Positions 25,787-38,235 of a DNA stretch of 64,000 nucleotides are shown here, piece by piece; position 1 is the stretch's first letter; the number at the start of each line of letters is the position of its first letter. The DNA comes from Octopus bimaculoides (taxonomy: Eukaryota): NCBI RefSeq assembly GCF_001194135.2, contig NC_068989.1:47514640-47578639 (forward strand). Reading direction: 5' to 3'. A program made the position numbers and the translations under genes. The notes below the pieces were generated by a model. The model had not been told where the DNA came from. It was given only the letters and a program-made list of their open reading frames with translations, and made no database searches.

Positions 25787-25789
<3 letters not shown>
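25231..25789. repeat. Long inverted repeat, arms about 195 bp
   Basis: 25231-25423 is the reverse complement of 25594-25789, roughly 80-85% identical by eye; spacer about 170 bp, AT-rich. Confidence 0.9.
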
Positions 25790-25825
<36 letters not shown>

Positions 25826-26195
25826 NNNNNNNNNNNNNNNNNNNNNNNNNNNNNNNNNNNNNNNNNNNNNNNNNNNNNNNNNNNNNNNNNNNNNNNNNNN
25901 NNNNNNNNNNNNNNNNNNNNNNNNNNNNNNNNNNNNNNNNNNNNNNNNNNNNNNNNNNNNNNNNNNNNNNNNNNNNNNNNNNNNNNNNNNNNNNNNNNNN
26001 NNNNNNNNNNNNNNNNNNNNNNNNNNNNNNNNNNNNNNNNNNNNNNNNNNNNNNNNNNNNNNNNNNNNNNNNNNNNNNNNNNNNNNNNNNNNNNNNNNNN
26101 NNNNNNNNNNNNNNNNNNNNNNNNNNNNNNNNNNNNNNNNNNNNNNNNNNNNNNNNNNNNNNNNNNNNNNNNNNNNNNNATATATATATATATTG

Positions 26196-26251
<56 letters not shown>

Positions 26252-26290
26252 GCATGCATGCATACATACATACATACATACATACATACA

Positions 26291-26323
<33 letters not shown>

Positions 26324-26326
26324 GGC

Positions 26327-26780
26327 TATGGTCACCCTACGGTGTAAAATTAATCCAGCGAAGCTTCACAAAGAAGGCGGGAGAGATATACAGTAACATC
26401 TGGAAGTTCCTAGAAAGGATTGTTCCATATTTTGGCATTGAAAGCTGCACAAATGCCAGAATGGGTCGCCAGTGCACAGTGCCAAAGATCCCAGCAATAC
26501 TATAACGCTTCAGGAACAGTTACTGCAACAGCCTGGATCCACAGCTTTTTAATATTCTCCCAAAGAGCCTAAGGGACCTGCACAAAGTGGATGTAGTTGT
26601 TTTCAAATCAAAATTGGATCTCTTACTGTCGAAAGTCCCAGATGAACCTACCTCAGAACAGGAGGTGAAAACGAGCGTAGCGAGATCAAACTCCCTTCTT
26701 CACAAAAGGAGTGTCTCAATAATAACTGTAGCAAAACGGCGGTGCCCCAGCATGGCCACAATTTTGAGCTGAAAGCGGTA
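26327..26780 (+). pseudogene. CR1/L2-type LINE 3' end (RT C-terminus plus 3' UTR)
   Basis: IQRSFTKK...IWKFLERIVPYFGI...PQLFNILPKSLRDLHKVDVVVFKSKLDLLLSKVPDEP...RSNSL: typical CR1/L2-clade C-terminal motifs. Confidence 0.8.
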
Positions 26781-26820
26781 ATATATGTGTGTGTGTGTGT
26801 GTGTGTGCTCGCACGCACAC

Positions 26821-27575
26821 CAAAGAAGTTTGCTTCCAAACGACATGATTCCGGTTCCAATTCCACTGCGTGGCAACATGGACAAGTCTCTTTTACTATA
26901 GCCCCGGGCCGACCAAAGCCTTGTGGTTTGACTTGGTACAGGAAAACTTATAGAATATATATATATATATATATATATATANNNNNNNNNNNNNNNNNNN
27001 NNNNNNNNNNNNNNNNNNNNNNNNNNNNNNNNNNNNNNNNNNNNNNNNNNNNNNNNNNNNNNNNNNNNNNNNNNNNNNNNNNNNNNNNNNNNNNNNNNNN
27101 NNNNNNNNNNNNNNNNNNNNNNNNNNNNNNNNNNNNNNNNNNNNNNNNNNNNNNNNNNNNNNNNNNNNNNNNNNNNNNNNNNNNNNNNNNNNNNNNNNNN
27201 NNNNNNNNNNNNNNNNNNNNNNNNNNNNNNNNNNNNNNNNNNNNNNNNNNNNNNNNNNNNNNNNNNNNNNNNNNNNNNNNNNNNNNNNNNNNNNNNNNNN
27301 NNNNNNNNNNNNNNNNNNNNNNNNNNNNNNNNNNNNNNNNNNNNNNNNNNNNNNNNNNNNNNNATATATGGATATGTATACGTTTGTGTGCATTTCTGTA
27401 TGTGTTGGTCTCCCACCATCGCTTGTCAAATGATATTGGTTTGTATATATATCCACGTAACTTAGCGGTTTTCTCAAAATGGACCGATAGAATAAGTATA
27501 TGGCTTTAAAACAGAGATCGACTGGTTCGGCTAGAATCCATCAAGATCATCTTCGCTGTCTAATGACTGAAAGAA
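26821..27575 (+). mobile_element. SINE family A across a gap
   Basis: Head at 26821-26955, (TA)n then gap, 3' half at 27370-27575. Confidence 0.8.
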
Positions 27576-27964
27576 ATAACCGAAAAATCTAAAGAGAAAA
27601 TACATATGTATGTATCTATGCACATAATCGGAAACACTCCCCCCACACACACACACACGCCTGCACGTACTAATGCACGCACACTTATCATTTATTTTCT
27701 ACTAGTCACTTTCAAACTTTCTACTAGACACTATTTCGAGATGTTCTGTCAAGGAAATTGAGTCTAGTACGCAAACTTTTAAAAACCTGGCATTTTTTCT
27801 GTTAGTCTCTTAAGCCGAACTGTCAAGTTACGGGAATTTAGACAAATCAGAAATAGATTTCAAGTGAGATGTAGAGCAAATGCAAACAGAAAAACAAACC
27901 CGTACATATTGACATATACACACATATTGACATACACACACATGTATATTTGTATGGTACTCAT

Positions 27965-28169
27965 TTATTCTTTTATTCTTTTACTTGTTTCTCTAATTTG
28001 ACAGCCTTTCGTCGAAAAAATCGACCCAAGGACTTAATCTCTGTAAGTCTACTACTTATTCTATCGGTCTCTTTTGCCGAATCGCTAAGCTACGGTAACG
28101 TAAACACACATGCATTGGTTGTCTGGCGATGTTGAGGGGACAAACTCACCCACAAACATATACACACAC

Positions 28170-28221
<52 letters not shown>

Positions 28222-28470
28222 CTATATATATCTATCTATCTATCTGAAACATGCTCTTCTCTCATGCTCCTAAAACGCAGACGAGATGAAACAAGATGTA
28301 TTTACACGACAGGCTTCCTTCAGTTTCCGTCTAGCAAATCCACTCACACGGCTATGGTCGACCCGAGGCTATAGTAGAAGACACTTGCCCAAGGTAGCAC
28401 GCTGTGGGAATGAACCTGGAAGCATGTGATTGGTAAGCAAGCTACTTACCACAGAGTTACTCCTGCGCTT
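27965..28470 (-). mobile_element. SINE family A, full length
   Basis: Both halves present around an internal (TCTA)n and about 60 bp of extra sequence. Confidence 0.85.
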
Positions 28471-28905
28471 GTGTAAGATATATGTGTGTGCGTGTGTATG
28501 TGTATGTGTGTGCATATCCCATATCCNNNNNNNNNNNNNNNNNNNNNNNNNNNNNNNNNNNNNNNNNNNNNNNNNNNNNNNNNNNNNNNNNNNNNNNNNN
28601 NNNNNNNNNNNNNNNNNNNNNNNNNNNNNNNNNNNNNNNNNNNNNNNNNNNNNNNNNNNNNNNNNNNNNNNNNNNNNNNNNNNNNNNNNNNNNNNNNNNN
28701 NNNNNNNNNNNNNNNNNNNNNNNNNNNNNNNNNNNNNNNNNNNNNNNNNNNNNNNNNNNNNNNNNNNNNNNNNNNNNNNNNNNNNNNNNNNNNNNNNNNN
28801 NNNNNNNNNNNNNNNNNNNNNNNNNNNNNNNNNNNNNNNNNNNNNNNNNNNNNNAAACAAAGACAGAAAAAAATGTGTGTAGTGGTCAGCAATCTATCAT
28901 GGCGA

Positions 28906-28948
<43 letters not shown>

Positions 28949-29870
28949 TGTGTGTCTGTGTGTCTGTGTCTGTGTCTGTGCATATCCATGTACTGACATT
29001 GATTTGCAAATCTCCAAAACAATGTTGTTTCATCCCGTTTGCGTTTTGGGAGCATAAGAGAAGAGCATGTGGCAGATAGAGCCCCTTTCCATGTTGGTAT
29101 AGATTGCGAGGAATCTATACATCTGAACGGGAAATGTAGTCACGTTTCACTGTGTTGAGAAACAATACTCTTCAAAACTTCCAGTACCTATGGAAGTACC
29201 CTAGTGCTACTTTTGTGCTCATTTCAATTTTTGTCTTCAAACACTTGACCAACTCTGAAGATCTTCCACACCACCTTACGTCTTCGAAGCTAAAATTCTC
29301 GTGTTTGACTTTTGCAAGGTATCTTCGAAATGTTGATTCACATACAAGGACCCAAGCATACCTCATCATACACTTCACAAATGGTTTTATACTTTCTGCG
29401 GCGTTTCGCTCCTTTTAAAGGAGAAAGCTTTATTTCCTGAAAATGCAACTTTTAGTTATCTATATTAGACCTTGATAAAGGATGACAAATTTAAGAGATA
29501 CAATGATGTTTTCTGTGAGATGTAACTGGAAGGTTGCCAGCTTACAAGCGATAGCCAATATATCAGTCATACTAACGTTATAAGAAAGCATATAAAAACT
29601 CTGCTGTTGAAATATCATTTCGAACTCTGTGAACGACCCATTGTTTGAGTCTTCTCAAATTTTGGAGGAAGACACTGGTACGTATACAACTATCTGTATA
29701 CATACCCTCGCAATAGCCATCACTATATTTCTCTTTCCTTTTCCTCTCTTTGTATTCTCTCACTCAGTTTCCTCTAATATCTGCGTATGTGTGTGTGCAT
29801 CTATGTATACACGCATATATATGCATACACACACATACACACATATATAGATACATATACGTATATATGA

Positions 29871-29969
<99 letters not shown>

Positions 29970-30528
29970 TAGATATAGATATACATATATATATAACNNN
30001 NNNNNNNNNNNNNNNNNNNNNNNNNNNNNNNNNNNNNNNNNNNNNNNNNNNNNNNNNNNNNNNNNNNNNNNNNNNNNNNNNNNNNNNNNNNNNNNNNNNN
30101 NNNNNNNNNNNNNNNNNNNNNNNNNNNNNNNNNNNNNNNNNNNNNNNNNNNNNNNNNNNNNNNNNNNNNNNNNNNNNNNNNNNNNNNNNNNNNNNNNNNN
30201 NNNNNNNNNNNNNNNNNNNNNNNNNNNNNNNNNNNNNNNNNNNNNNNNNNNNNNNNNNNNNNNNNNNNNNNNNNNNNNNNNNNNNNNNNNNNNNNNNNNN
30301 NNNNNNNNNNNNNNNNNNNNNNNNNNNNNNNNNNNNNNNNNNNNNNNNNNNNNNNNNNNNNNNNNNNNNNNNNNNNNNNNNNNNNNNNNNNNNNNNNNNN
30401 NNNNNNNNNNNNNNNNNNNNNNNNNNNNNNNTTATACCAAAAAATTTTATAACATTTTTCTGACATAATTTAAATATATACTTTAACCATGTAACACAAG
30501 CCTTCTGTAGTTTTCTCACTCTTATTAT

Positions 30529-30570
<42 letters not shown>

Positions 30571-31054
30571 TATATACGCTTGCATATGTGTCTACGTATA
30601 TATGGGTGTGTCTTCTATGCACATATGCGCACGTGCGCAACCACCCATAATAATATAATCATACATACATATATACGTGTATAAGGATTATATATACATA
30701 TGCAGTAAGAATTATATAATAATGGTATAGTAATAATAACTTTATGTCTATGCTGTCATCAATATATACATGCGTATGTATACATATACACATACATGTT
30801 TACATATGTATATATAGATGCAAGCATACAGGTTATTGTTACTATACAATTATTATACAATTCTTACTTTAAGAAACTGGCGGATTTACAATTTGGTAAA
30901 AATCGGAATCTCCCGAGACCAACGAATTTTTGCTGTTTCAAGCTTCGCACGCACCCACGCATACATACGGACCCATATATATATATATACGAGTTCATAT
31001 GTGCCCATACATAGATACATACATACTTACATGCATACATACTTCCTTACATAG

Positions 31055-31113
<59 letters not shown>

Positions 31114-31658
31114 TATATACATATATAGCCAGTTCCATTCACTTTCGCTTATTTCTTAATGTAATTTAGTGCAAAGTGTCATAACCTTTCATAGCACATC
31201 TGCGACCTTGTCACTGATAACATTCCACTTCATCTTTTGGCCTGTTTCCATTAACCTCGAGAGGATTCTTTCCTTCTTTTTTCATTTTCTTAATTACATT
31301 TCTCATTATGCATAGAAGTGGTTAAAACTCATTGGCATGTGCGTTTCATATATAAAATAACTCCGTATACTTTGGACCAGCTGTCCCTAGACAGACGTGC
31401 GTTACATAGCGTATTTCTCTGCTTCAGTCGACTAATGTTACGTTATATTTCTGTTTATCCAGTCCATTATTTAACTAATTAATTATTACTGTTGTGTCTC
31501 TGGTGATGGTTTATATTTGGGTAACGTTTATTAGATGATGTTGTTATTGTTGTAACTGATGCAGACTCAGTTACTAATTTCTTTGCTTTTATATCTCCCA
31601 CCAACATTCCATTTGTTTTTCGGCTTTATTTTATTCATTTATTTTCTTTATTACAACT

Positions 31659-32760
31659 AAGTGGGCGAGCTAGCAGAGTATGCATGTCGGACAAAATGCT
31701 TAGAGGCATTTCTTCCGATTCATTACGTTCTGAGTTCAAATCCGGTCGAAGCCAATTTTGATTTTTAACTATTCGGGATTGATAAAATAGATATGAGTTG
31801 GATGCTGGGGTCGATGTAATCGATTAACCCTCTCATGTTAAAATTCGGGCATTGTGCTTATAGCATTAAGGATTGATCGTTATTACGCCGGGAAAAATTC
31901 ACGGCAGGTTTTCGTCCTTCTTAACGTTTTGAGTTCAAATTCTGCCGAGGTCCACATTACCTGCCATCCATTTCGGGTCGATAAAATAAGTAACACTTGA
32001 GCACTGGTCTCGGGACGAAAAATGGACTAGTCCCTTTCCCCAAAATTTCAGGCCTCGTTCCTATAGTAAACCGGATTATTATAAAGGCGACGAGCTGACA
32101 GAATCGTTGGCGAAGCGGACAAATTCTTTGCGGCATTTTTCCCGACCTTTTCAAATTTTGCCGAGGCATACTTTGCCTTTCACCCTTTTGTAGTCGAGCA
32201 ATGGAGCTAATGTAATTAATCTCTGCTATAATATCAGGCCTTGTGCCTATAGGAGAGATAATTATCATCATTATTACTATATCAAAGTCGTCAGTGTGTT
32301 GGGAATCATAAGTTCGAACGTAGTCGATGTCATCTTCTCCTTTTATGCCTCCAGAATCGATGAATGAGAACACCAAGTACTGAAAATACCAAGTACTGAA
32401 GTTCATGATATCGACAATCCCTCCTTGTACTTATCTTAGAAACAAGAGACGGGCTTATTACTAGTATTTCTATTGTTAGCTATGGTGCCTGTCATAGTCG
32501 GGAACAATTGAACAGTCATCCGTTATGTAAATCGAATTAATCGTTACAGCGTCGGTTAAAATGCCTTGCGTTATTTCTTCCGGCTCTTTACCTTTTCAGT
32601 TCAAATCCGGCCGACGGCAACTATGCCAGTCATCTTCCTTTGGTCGATAAAATAAAGTGATAATGAAATTTTTTGGAGTTGATTCATTCGACTAACCCAT
32701 CCATTCGCGGTGTCCTGATCGTACTTGTTAAATACTTGCTGACCTCGTATTTATATCAAG
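31659..32760 (+). mobile_element. Head-to-tail array of about 5 SINE family B copies
   Basis: Units near 31659, 31876, 32082, 32282 and 32540. They share TTCAAAT/TTCGAAC, ..GTCGATAAAAT and GGCCTTGTGCCTATAG-type motifs and are mutually divergent. Confidence 0.75.
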
Positions 32761-33360
32761 GCCTAACGATGTTGGGAGTGATAGCAATAGTGTTGCGGTG
32801 TTTATAGCAAAAGCATTTTTAAACCACCTCATCTTTAAGTTAGCGGATACGCACGAGGAAGTTGCTTCGTGATTTAATTAAAAAATTTTTAGTTGCTGTT
32901 GATTATGAAGTATTGTTTAGCTCCCAGTGGGCAGATCTGTCCAGCTCTGCATATCATGTTACATTATTAGGGAGTTGTGCCTTTGACACCTTATCTAATT
33001 TATCTTACTCCTCGTTTTTTTTTTTTGTTTTGTTTTTTTAAGCAGTAAATTGTAATTCGAGGGACATTTCTTCGATGCGGCTATACTGAAGTTCAGTTTT
33101 GTAGCTCCTTTTCAAACTTTCGTTTTCATTGGTTGAATGACAACTGACATCATCATCGTCAATCGAATTTACTACCAACGTCCTCTTTTGTCAAAATTTA
33201 CTTTAGTTGACCGCGGAAAATGAGGAGAGAATTTACCGGATGTATATTGTCAGATGTCGGATAATAATGAATATATTTTGACAGGAGCTTTTAAAATATA
33301 TTGTCTATCTATGTTTACTTCTTTTATTAGTCTCTCTCAGCAAGACACCGCAACTTCCCA

Positions 33361-33550
33361 GAGTGAGTGAGTAACGGGGAGAGGGATGGGTGTGAGGGAG
33401 TCACTGAGTGAGTGAGGGAGGGAGGAGGAAGAGAGGAGGTGAGTGGGTGAGTGAGTGGGTGAGTGAGCGAGTGGGTGAGTGAATGAGTGTGTGGGTGAGT
33501 GAAGGAATGAGTGAGTGAAAGTGAATGAGAGAGTGAGTGATTGAGTGAAA
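33361..33550 (+). repeat. Degenerate (GAGT)n tetranucleotide array
   Basis: Direct reading; contains about ten GTGAGT hexamers. Confidence 0.9.
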
Positions 33551-33702
33551 GAGAGACAAAGAGAGAGTGTTGTGTATTTGCGTCTATTTATGCGTGTGTG
33601 TGTGTCAGATGTAACGTTACATAGCTTATATGTTTTCTAAATGCTTAAAAATCTTCCATGATCGGAGAAATTTTGAACTCTTTTAAAAATGATGTTACCG
33701 TT

Positions 33703-33960
33703 GAAGTAAAGTTACGTGGCTCAGTGGAGAGGGCGTTGGGCTTACGATCGCCAGACCATGGTTTCATTTCCCGAGCCCGGCTTTGGCAGAGTTATTGAGC
33801 AATACCCTTTATTATACGTCGCTGGTGTACATTTGGACAAATAGTTCCCAGTTTTTAAAGCTCGGTAAATATTCTATCAATATCTTTTGCCAAACAGCTA
33901 AGTTATCTCCTCGCTCGAAATTGCTGGCCTTGTGGTATAATTCGAAATCAATATCATGTT
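33703..33960 (+). mobile_element. Degenerate tRNA-headed SINE (family E-like head, family B-like tail)
   Basis: CGTGGCTCAGTGGAGAGGGCGTTGGGCTTACGATC...TTTCATTTCCCG; ends GAAATTGCTGGCCTTGTGG. Confidence 0.5.
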
Positions 33961-34329
33961 ACTTAATCTTGCACGGATATTAAGATTGTTTATGAGAATT
34001 GACCGTAGAAGACCAAAATACATTCTTCTAAGTAATTAATCAGAGTATGCATATGCTTTGTCGTGTTTTATAATCTTTAGAATGCTTCTGTGCAAAAGTC
34101 AGTTAACTTTCGAACGTTGTATATTAAATATGACGGATAAAGTAAAACGAAATACGCTGATAGAAGTTGAAAGGAATCAGTGACTGTCAACGTTTGGATA
34201 CGTGCACGTGTATGGAGTAAGTCTATCTATGAACAGGAGTTTATGTGTATGTATGTGTGCGTATGTGTGTTATTTCGTAGTCTTTCTCCATTCCTGTCTT
34301 CTGTCGTGAAAACGTTCAATTTAATAATT

Positions 34330-34454
34330 TTAAACAAATATTGGTTTCAAATTCTGGTACAAGGCCAGCATTTTCGGGGGATTACGTCGACCCCAGTACT
34401 CGACTTGTAGTTATTTTATTGACCCCGAAAGTATGAAAGACAAAGCCAACCTCG
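34330..34454 (-). mobile_element. SINE family B, 3' half
   Basis: TTCAAATTCTGGTACAAGGCCAGC...TTATTGACCCCGAAAGTATGAAAGACAAAGCCAACCTCGG. Confidence 0.75.
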
Positions 34455-34524
34455 GGCATATGGCGTAATGGTTAAGGACACGGGCTACTAATCCCAAGAT
34501 TCCGAGTTCGATTCCAGGCAGTGA

Positions 34525-34580
<56 letters not shown>

Positions 34581-34710
34581 TCGAAAAATACCTTAGGAAT
34601 GAGAACCCAGGTTCGAAATTTACCCAAGACAACTGATGAAGGCTAGAGGGTATATCAGCCGAAACGTGTTAACAACAAACAAGATGAGGACAAATATCCG
34701 TCAAATGTAT
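34455..34710 (+). mobile_element. SINE family D: tRNA head, (AAT)n, hammerhead-like tail
   Basis: A-box TGGCGTAATGG, B-box GAGTTCGATTCC, (AAT)n at 34529-34577, then CTGATGA-A-GGCT...AGCC-GAAACGT (34633-34667). Confidence 0.75.
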
Positions 34711-34975
34711 ATGGATTTTATCACATATGTAGGTAACTTGACATCAGGAAGATGTCACTGACCCACAACACCGCTCTCTTTTGAAAAATCAAGGATTGCA
34801 TGTAGGGTTCGAACTCACCCACTTTTCGTGAACATGGTAATGCTCGCAAACGCATCTTTATGAAGAGCATCATGCACGTGGAAAACGAAACAACACACAC
34901 ACACACATACACTCATCGGGTATAAAAGGCACCCAAATTTACCAGCCTGTCATTCGTTTCCCGAACGCAGCATGC

Positions 34976-35967
34976 ATGCCAAGACTGACACAAAATCAGC
35001 AGGAGCAAGCCATCGCCCGTCTCCATGCTGGTCAACGTCGATGGGTCATTACTAACGACTTGAACTGCAATATTCGGACAACAGAGCGGCAGAGGGAACG
35101 ATACAATGCCACAAACAGTACGGATGATCGTGCACACAGTGGCCGATCATAGGTTACAATGGAACATCAAGATCACCGCCTGCACCAACAGCACTTGCAG
35201 GACCGATTCCGGAGGGCAATGGAATCAGCTAGGCAGACCATAGGAACTCACCACAGACCCATTTGTGCAGAGACAGTTCGCCGTCGGTTAAGATTTTTTA
35301 GTTTGTCTTGTCGACGTCCGGCTAGGGGCCCCATCCTCACAGATTGTCATCGACGGGCACGTTTGCAGTGGGCTCAAAAACGTCAGAAATGGCGATATCA
35401 GCAGTGGAGGACTGTAGTCTTCTCTGACGAAAGTCGATATTGTATTTCTGTGGCAGATGGCAGAGCTAGGGTTTGGAGAAGAGGTGAACGTCATGCCGAT
35501 GGTTGTGTGGTGGAGAGAGATTCATCATATGGAGTGGGATTTTACTCAACCAGAAACATCGGCCAAGGCCGGAGCAATGGAGTAACTGCTGTTGGCTACA
35601 TCAATCAAGTGTTGATGCCATACATTGTGTCATACATTGCCCGTCATCGAAATCACGTGTTCCGACACGACAACGCCCGTTCCGATACTGCCAGGTTGAC
35701 AACAGACTTCCTCCGACAGCACAACATCCAGACGCTGCTATGACCTGCCCTAAGTCCGGACTTGAATCCCATAGAGCACCTGTGGTACGAAATCCAAAGA
35801 AGGCTAAATAACATCCGTCCATGTCTGACAACTGAGGCACAACTCACTGCAAGTTTTAACAGAGTGTGGGCTGGTATCCCATGGCCTTCATCAATGGTTT
35901 GCTGCATTTAATGTACAGAAGATGCCTGGGGGTAATCAACGCTAACTGTGACCACACGAGATATTAG
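34976..35967 (+). pseudogene. Near full-length Tc1 (DD34E) transposase pseudogene
   Basis: MPRLTQNQQEQAIARL...VVFSDESR...HDNAR (D at 35669)...SPDLNPIEHLW (E at 35774; 34-residue spacing)...HTRY*. In-frame stops near 35150 and 35741, plus frameshifts. TATAAAA at 34921. Confidence 0.92.
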
Positions 35968-36158
35968 GTTCCTCTCTTTGAATCCAAGACACTCCGTCAC
36001 CACGTAACACCATGTGATGTCAAATATGCTTCAGGAAATAACGCTTTATCAATAAGAAAAGAACGGTTTCTTAATTAGCACTCTTAAATCAATGCTATGG
36101 CAGTCTGTTAATAGACCGGTTTCTATTTAGTATGTGTGCGACGTTTCTTTGAAGGTCC

Positions 36159-36844
36159 TATACTCTGATAAAAACAGTGGTTATGCCGTAACATTGAATT
36201 AAATTTTCTCAATTTTGGCTTCACAAAACTTTTCATGACAGATTTCACGTTTCTTCCCTTCGTCGCACAAATAGCTCATAAGTAAATAGACACCACGTAG
36301 TGCTATAAGTTTGCTAATATGTTGTTTGTTTTCGTTCCAGACTACAGTAGATTTATCGTTTATACTAATTAGCCAGTCCTTGAACACCAGAAAGAAAAGA
36401 GTTGTCTGAATTTCAGAAAAGGTGCATTTTGGGTGAATCTGAGGGTGGAATTAGCCAACGTAAAATTGCACAAAATCATAAGATTCCTCTCACAGTCAAT
36501 AGATTGACTGAACATTTCACCAGCAAAGTAAAAGATAGGAATCAAAATCATCACGATCAGGTTGACCTGTGCCTTCTGAACAGCATGGTATTTTCAACAT
36601 ATGTGCAGTCTGTGCGGAAATTCCATGAGACAATTTCAGAACTCATTAATTTACTACAATGCCCTCAAAATCAAATCATTAAAACCTGCACAAAGCATGC
36701 CTCCTAAAAGGTATATTAAATATTTCAATACATCAAAGCTCATCATTTTGGTTCTAGAAAAAAAACCTTTTAAGAATGATGGTGTCTATTTTTGAGACGC
36801 ATTAACAAAATAATATTTGAAAAAAAATATCTCAACTCAGTATA
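36159..36844 (+). mobile_element. Internally deleted Tc1-like element
   Basis: ELSEFQKRCILGESEGGISQRKIAQNHKIPLTVNR (HTH) at about 36395-36510; inner inverted repeat AAATAGACACCA(36284-36295)/TGGTGTCTATTT(36780-36791); TATACT...AGTATA ends. Confidence 0.6.
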
Positions 36845-36931
36845 TCGTGTAACAATTTGTCAGCTAATAAGAGGTATAAGCTGTCCTCATCAAGATGTCA
36901 AGCTAAATTAACGAATAATTGTTTTTAATTA

Positions 36932-37130
36932 CGGTACAAAGCCAGCAATTTTGGCGGGAAGGGTTTCAGTACATTTCTTGTCTGATAATCTATTTTATTG
37001 ATTCTGGAAGAGTAAAAGCAAACGTAACATACGTCGGTGAAATTTGAGACCAAAACGTGAAGTGACGAAAAAGAGCTACAACAATGCACTTTCACCCGAC
37101 GATCAAACGATTCTACCTCCCTATCGAATA
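36932..37130 (-). mobile_element. Degenerate SINE family B
   Basis: GGTACAAAGCCAGCAATTTT...GAAATTTGAGACCAAAACGT...AAACGATTCTACC. Confidence 0.6.
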
Positions 37131-38159
37131 ATAAATATAAATGAGGTACAAGTTGTAATGTCATAAAGAGTTATAGTAAACATACACGCACATGCATACA
37201 GACACACACATATTTATACACACAGACACACACATACACACATGATTGTATGTATATATATGTATGCACGTAAGTATGTATGTATATTACAGAATTTAGC
37301 AGCATCCTACGATATTCCGTGTACAAAATGTCTGCAGAGGTCATCTATACTTCCTTTTTTTCCTATCCTAACGGTGTTATTCAAATATATATGTCTTATG
37401 TAATAGAGCCAATTCAATTCTCTTCTCTTATAAAATTTAGCTTTTCTTTTTCTACTATGAAAAAGATCATTATCATCATCAGCATCATTATCATCATTTT
37501 CTTTTCATCATCGTCATTGTTGTAGCCATCGTTGACGTCGTAGTCATTATCCTCATCATCATCATAACTTCCACTACCACTATCACCACCACCACTACCA
37601 CCACAGCCACCATCACCAACAACAACCACAACATCATTCTCATGATCATCACGATCATGATTATGTTGATCATCATCATGGCTAATTTTAACGACGAAAT
37701 GCTCCTCTTCATTGTCTTGCAACACATTGACGTCACATTTTGTCCAATATATCTTTTTTTCGATCTACTTTTAGTGGACAGTTATGTAAGAAATCAATAT
37801 AGTAAACACATTTTGATGGTAATTTACAATAGACGAATCTATCTAATGGTCAATCTTATTGCCAGGGGGTTTTGTGTATTAGAATTGTATTCATTCACAT
37901 CAAAATTTACAGTAATATTTTCAAACAAACGGCTAATCAAGGATGTCACTTGTATACCGAATATTGGCAATGTTTTTAGACAATTTGTTTCAACAGTCAA
38001 TATTACAATATGAGATATCAGTACATATGATATCACTATATAGCGATAGCACTATAGATAATATCCTTATATAATATTCTGTAATGGTGGTGGATCTCCG
38101 TCGTACGACATGGAGGATTCAGTGGTTAGAGCATGTGAGTTTATTTGTCTCGAATTTTC

Positions 38160-38235
38160 CTGCAAGTGGCTGAAAATGCCACAGACGCGTCTACTTAATG
38201 TAGTTCTATGGTAGAATTAGCGTGACGTAGTGCAG
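38160..38235 (-). mobile_element. SINE family C internal fragment
   Basis: Reverse complement of about 40295-40370. Confidence 0.6.

Noticed and set aside
29050-29420. Short overlapping ORFs in non-simple sequence
   Set aside because: No frame gave a convincing protein or TE motif.
31659-32760. Regularly spaced repeats as a CRISPR array
   Set aside because: Units are about 200-bp diverged SINEs in eukaryotic DNA; there is no repeat-spacer structure and no cas genes.
37642-38013. 123-aa ORF
   Set aside because: It begins in an (ATC)n repeat, has AT-rich codons and no recognisable motif.
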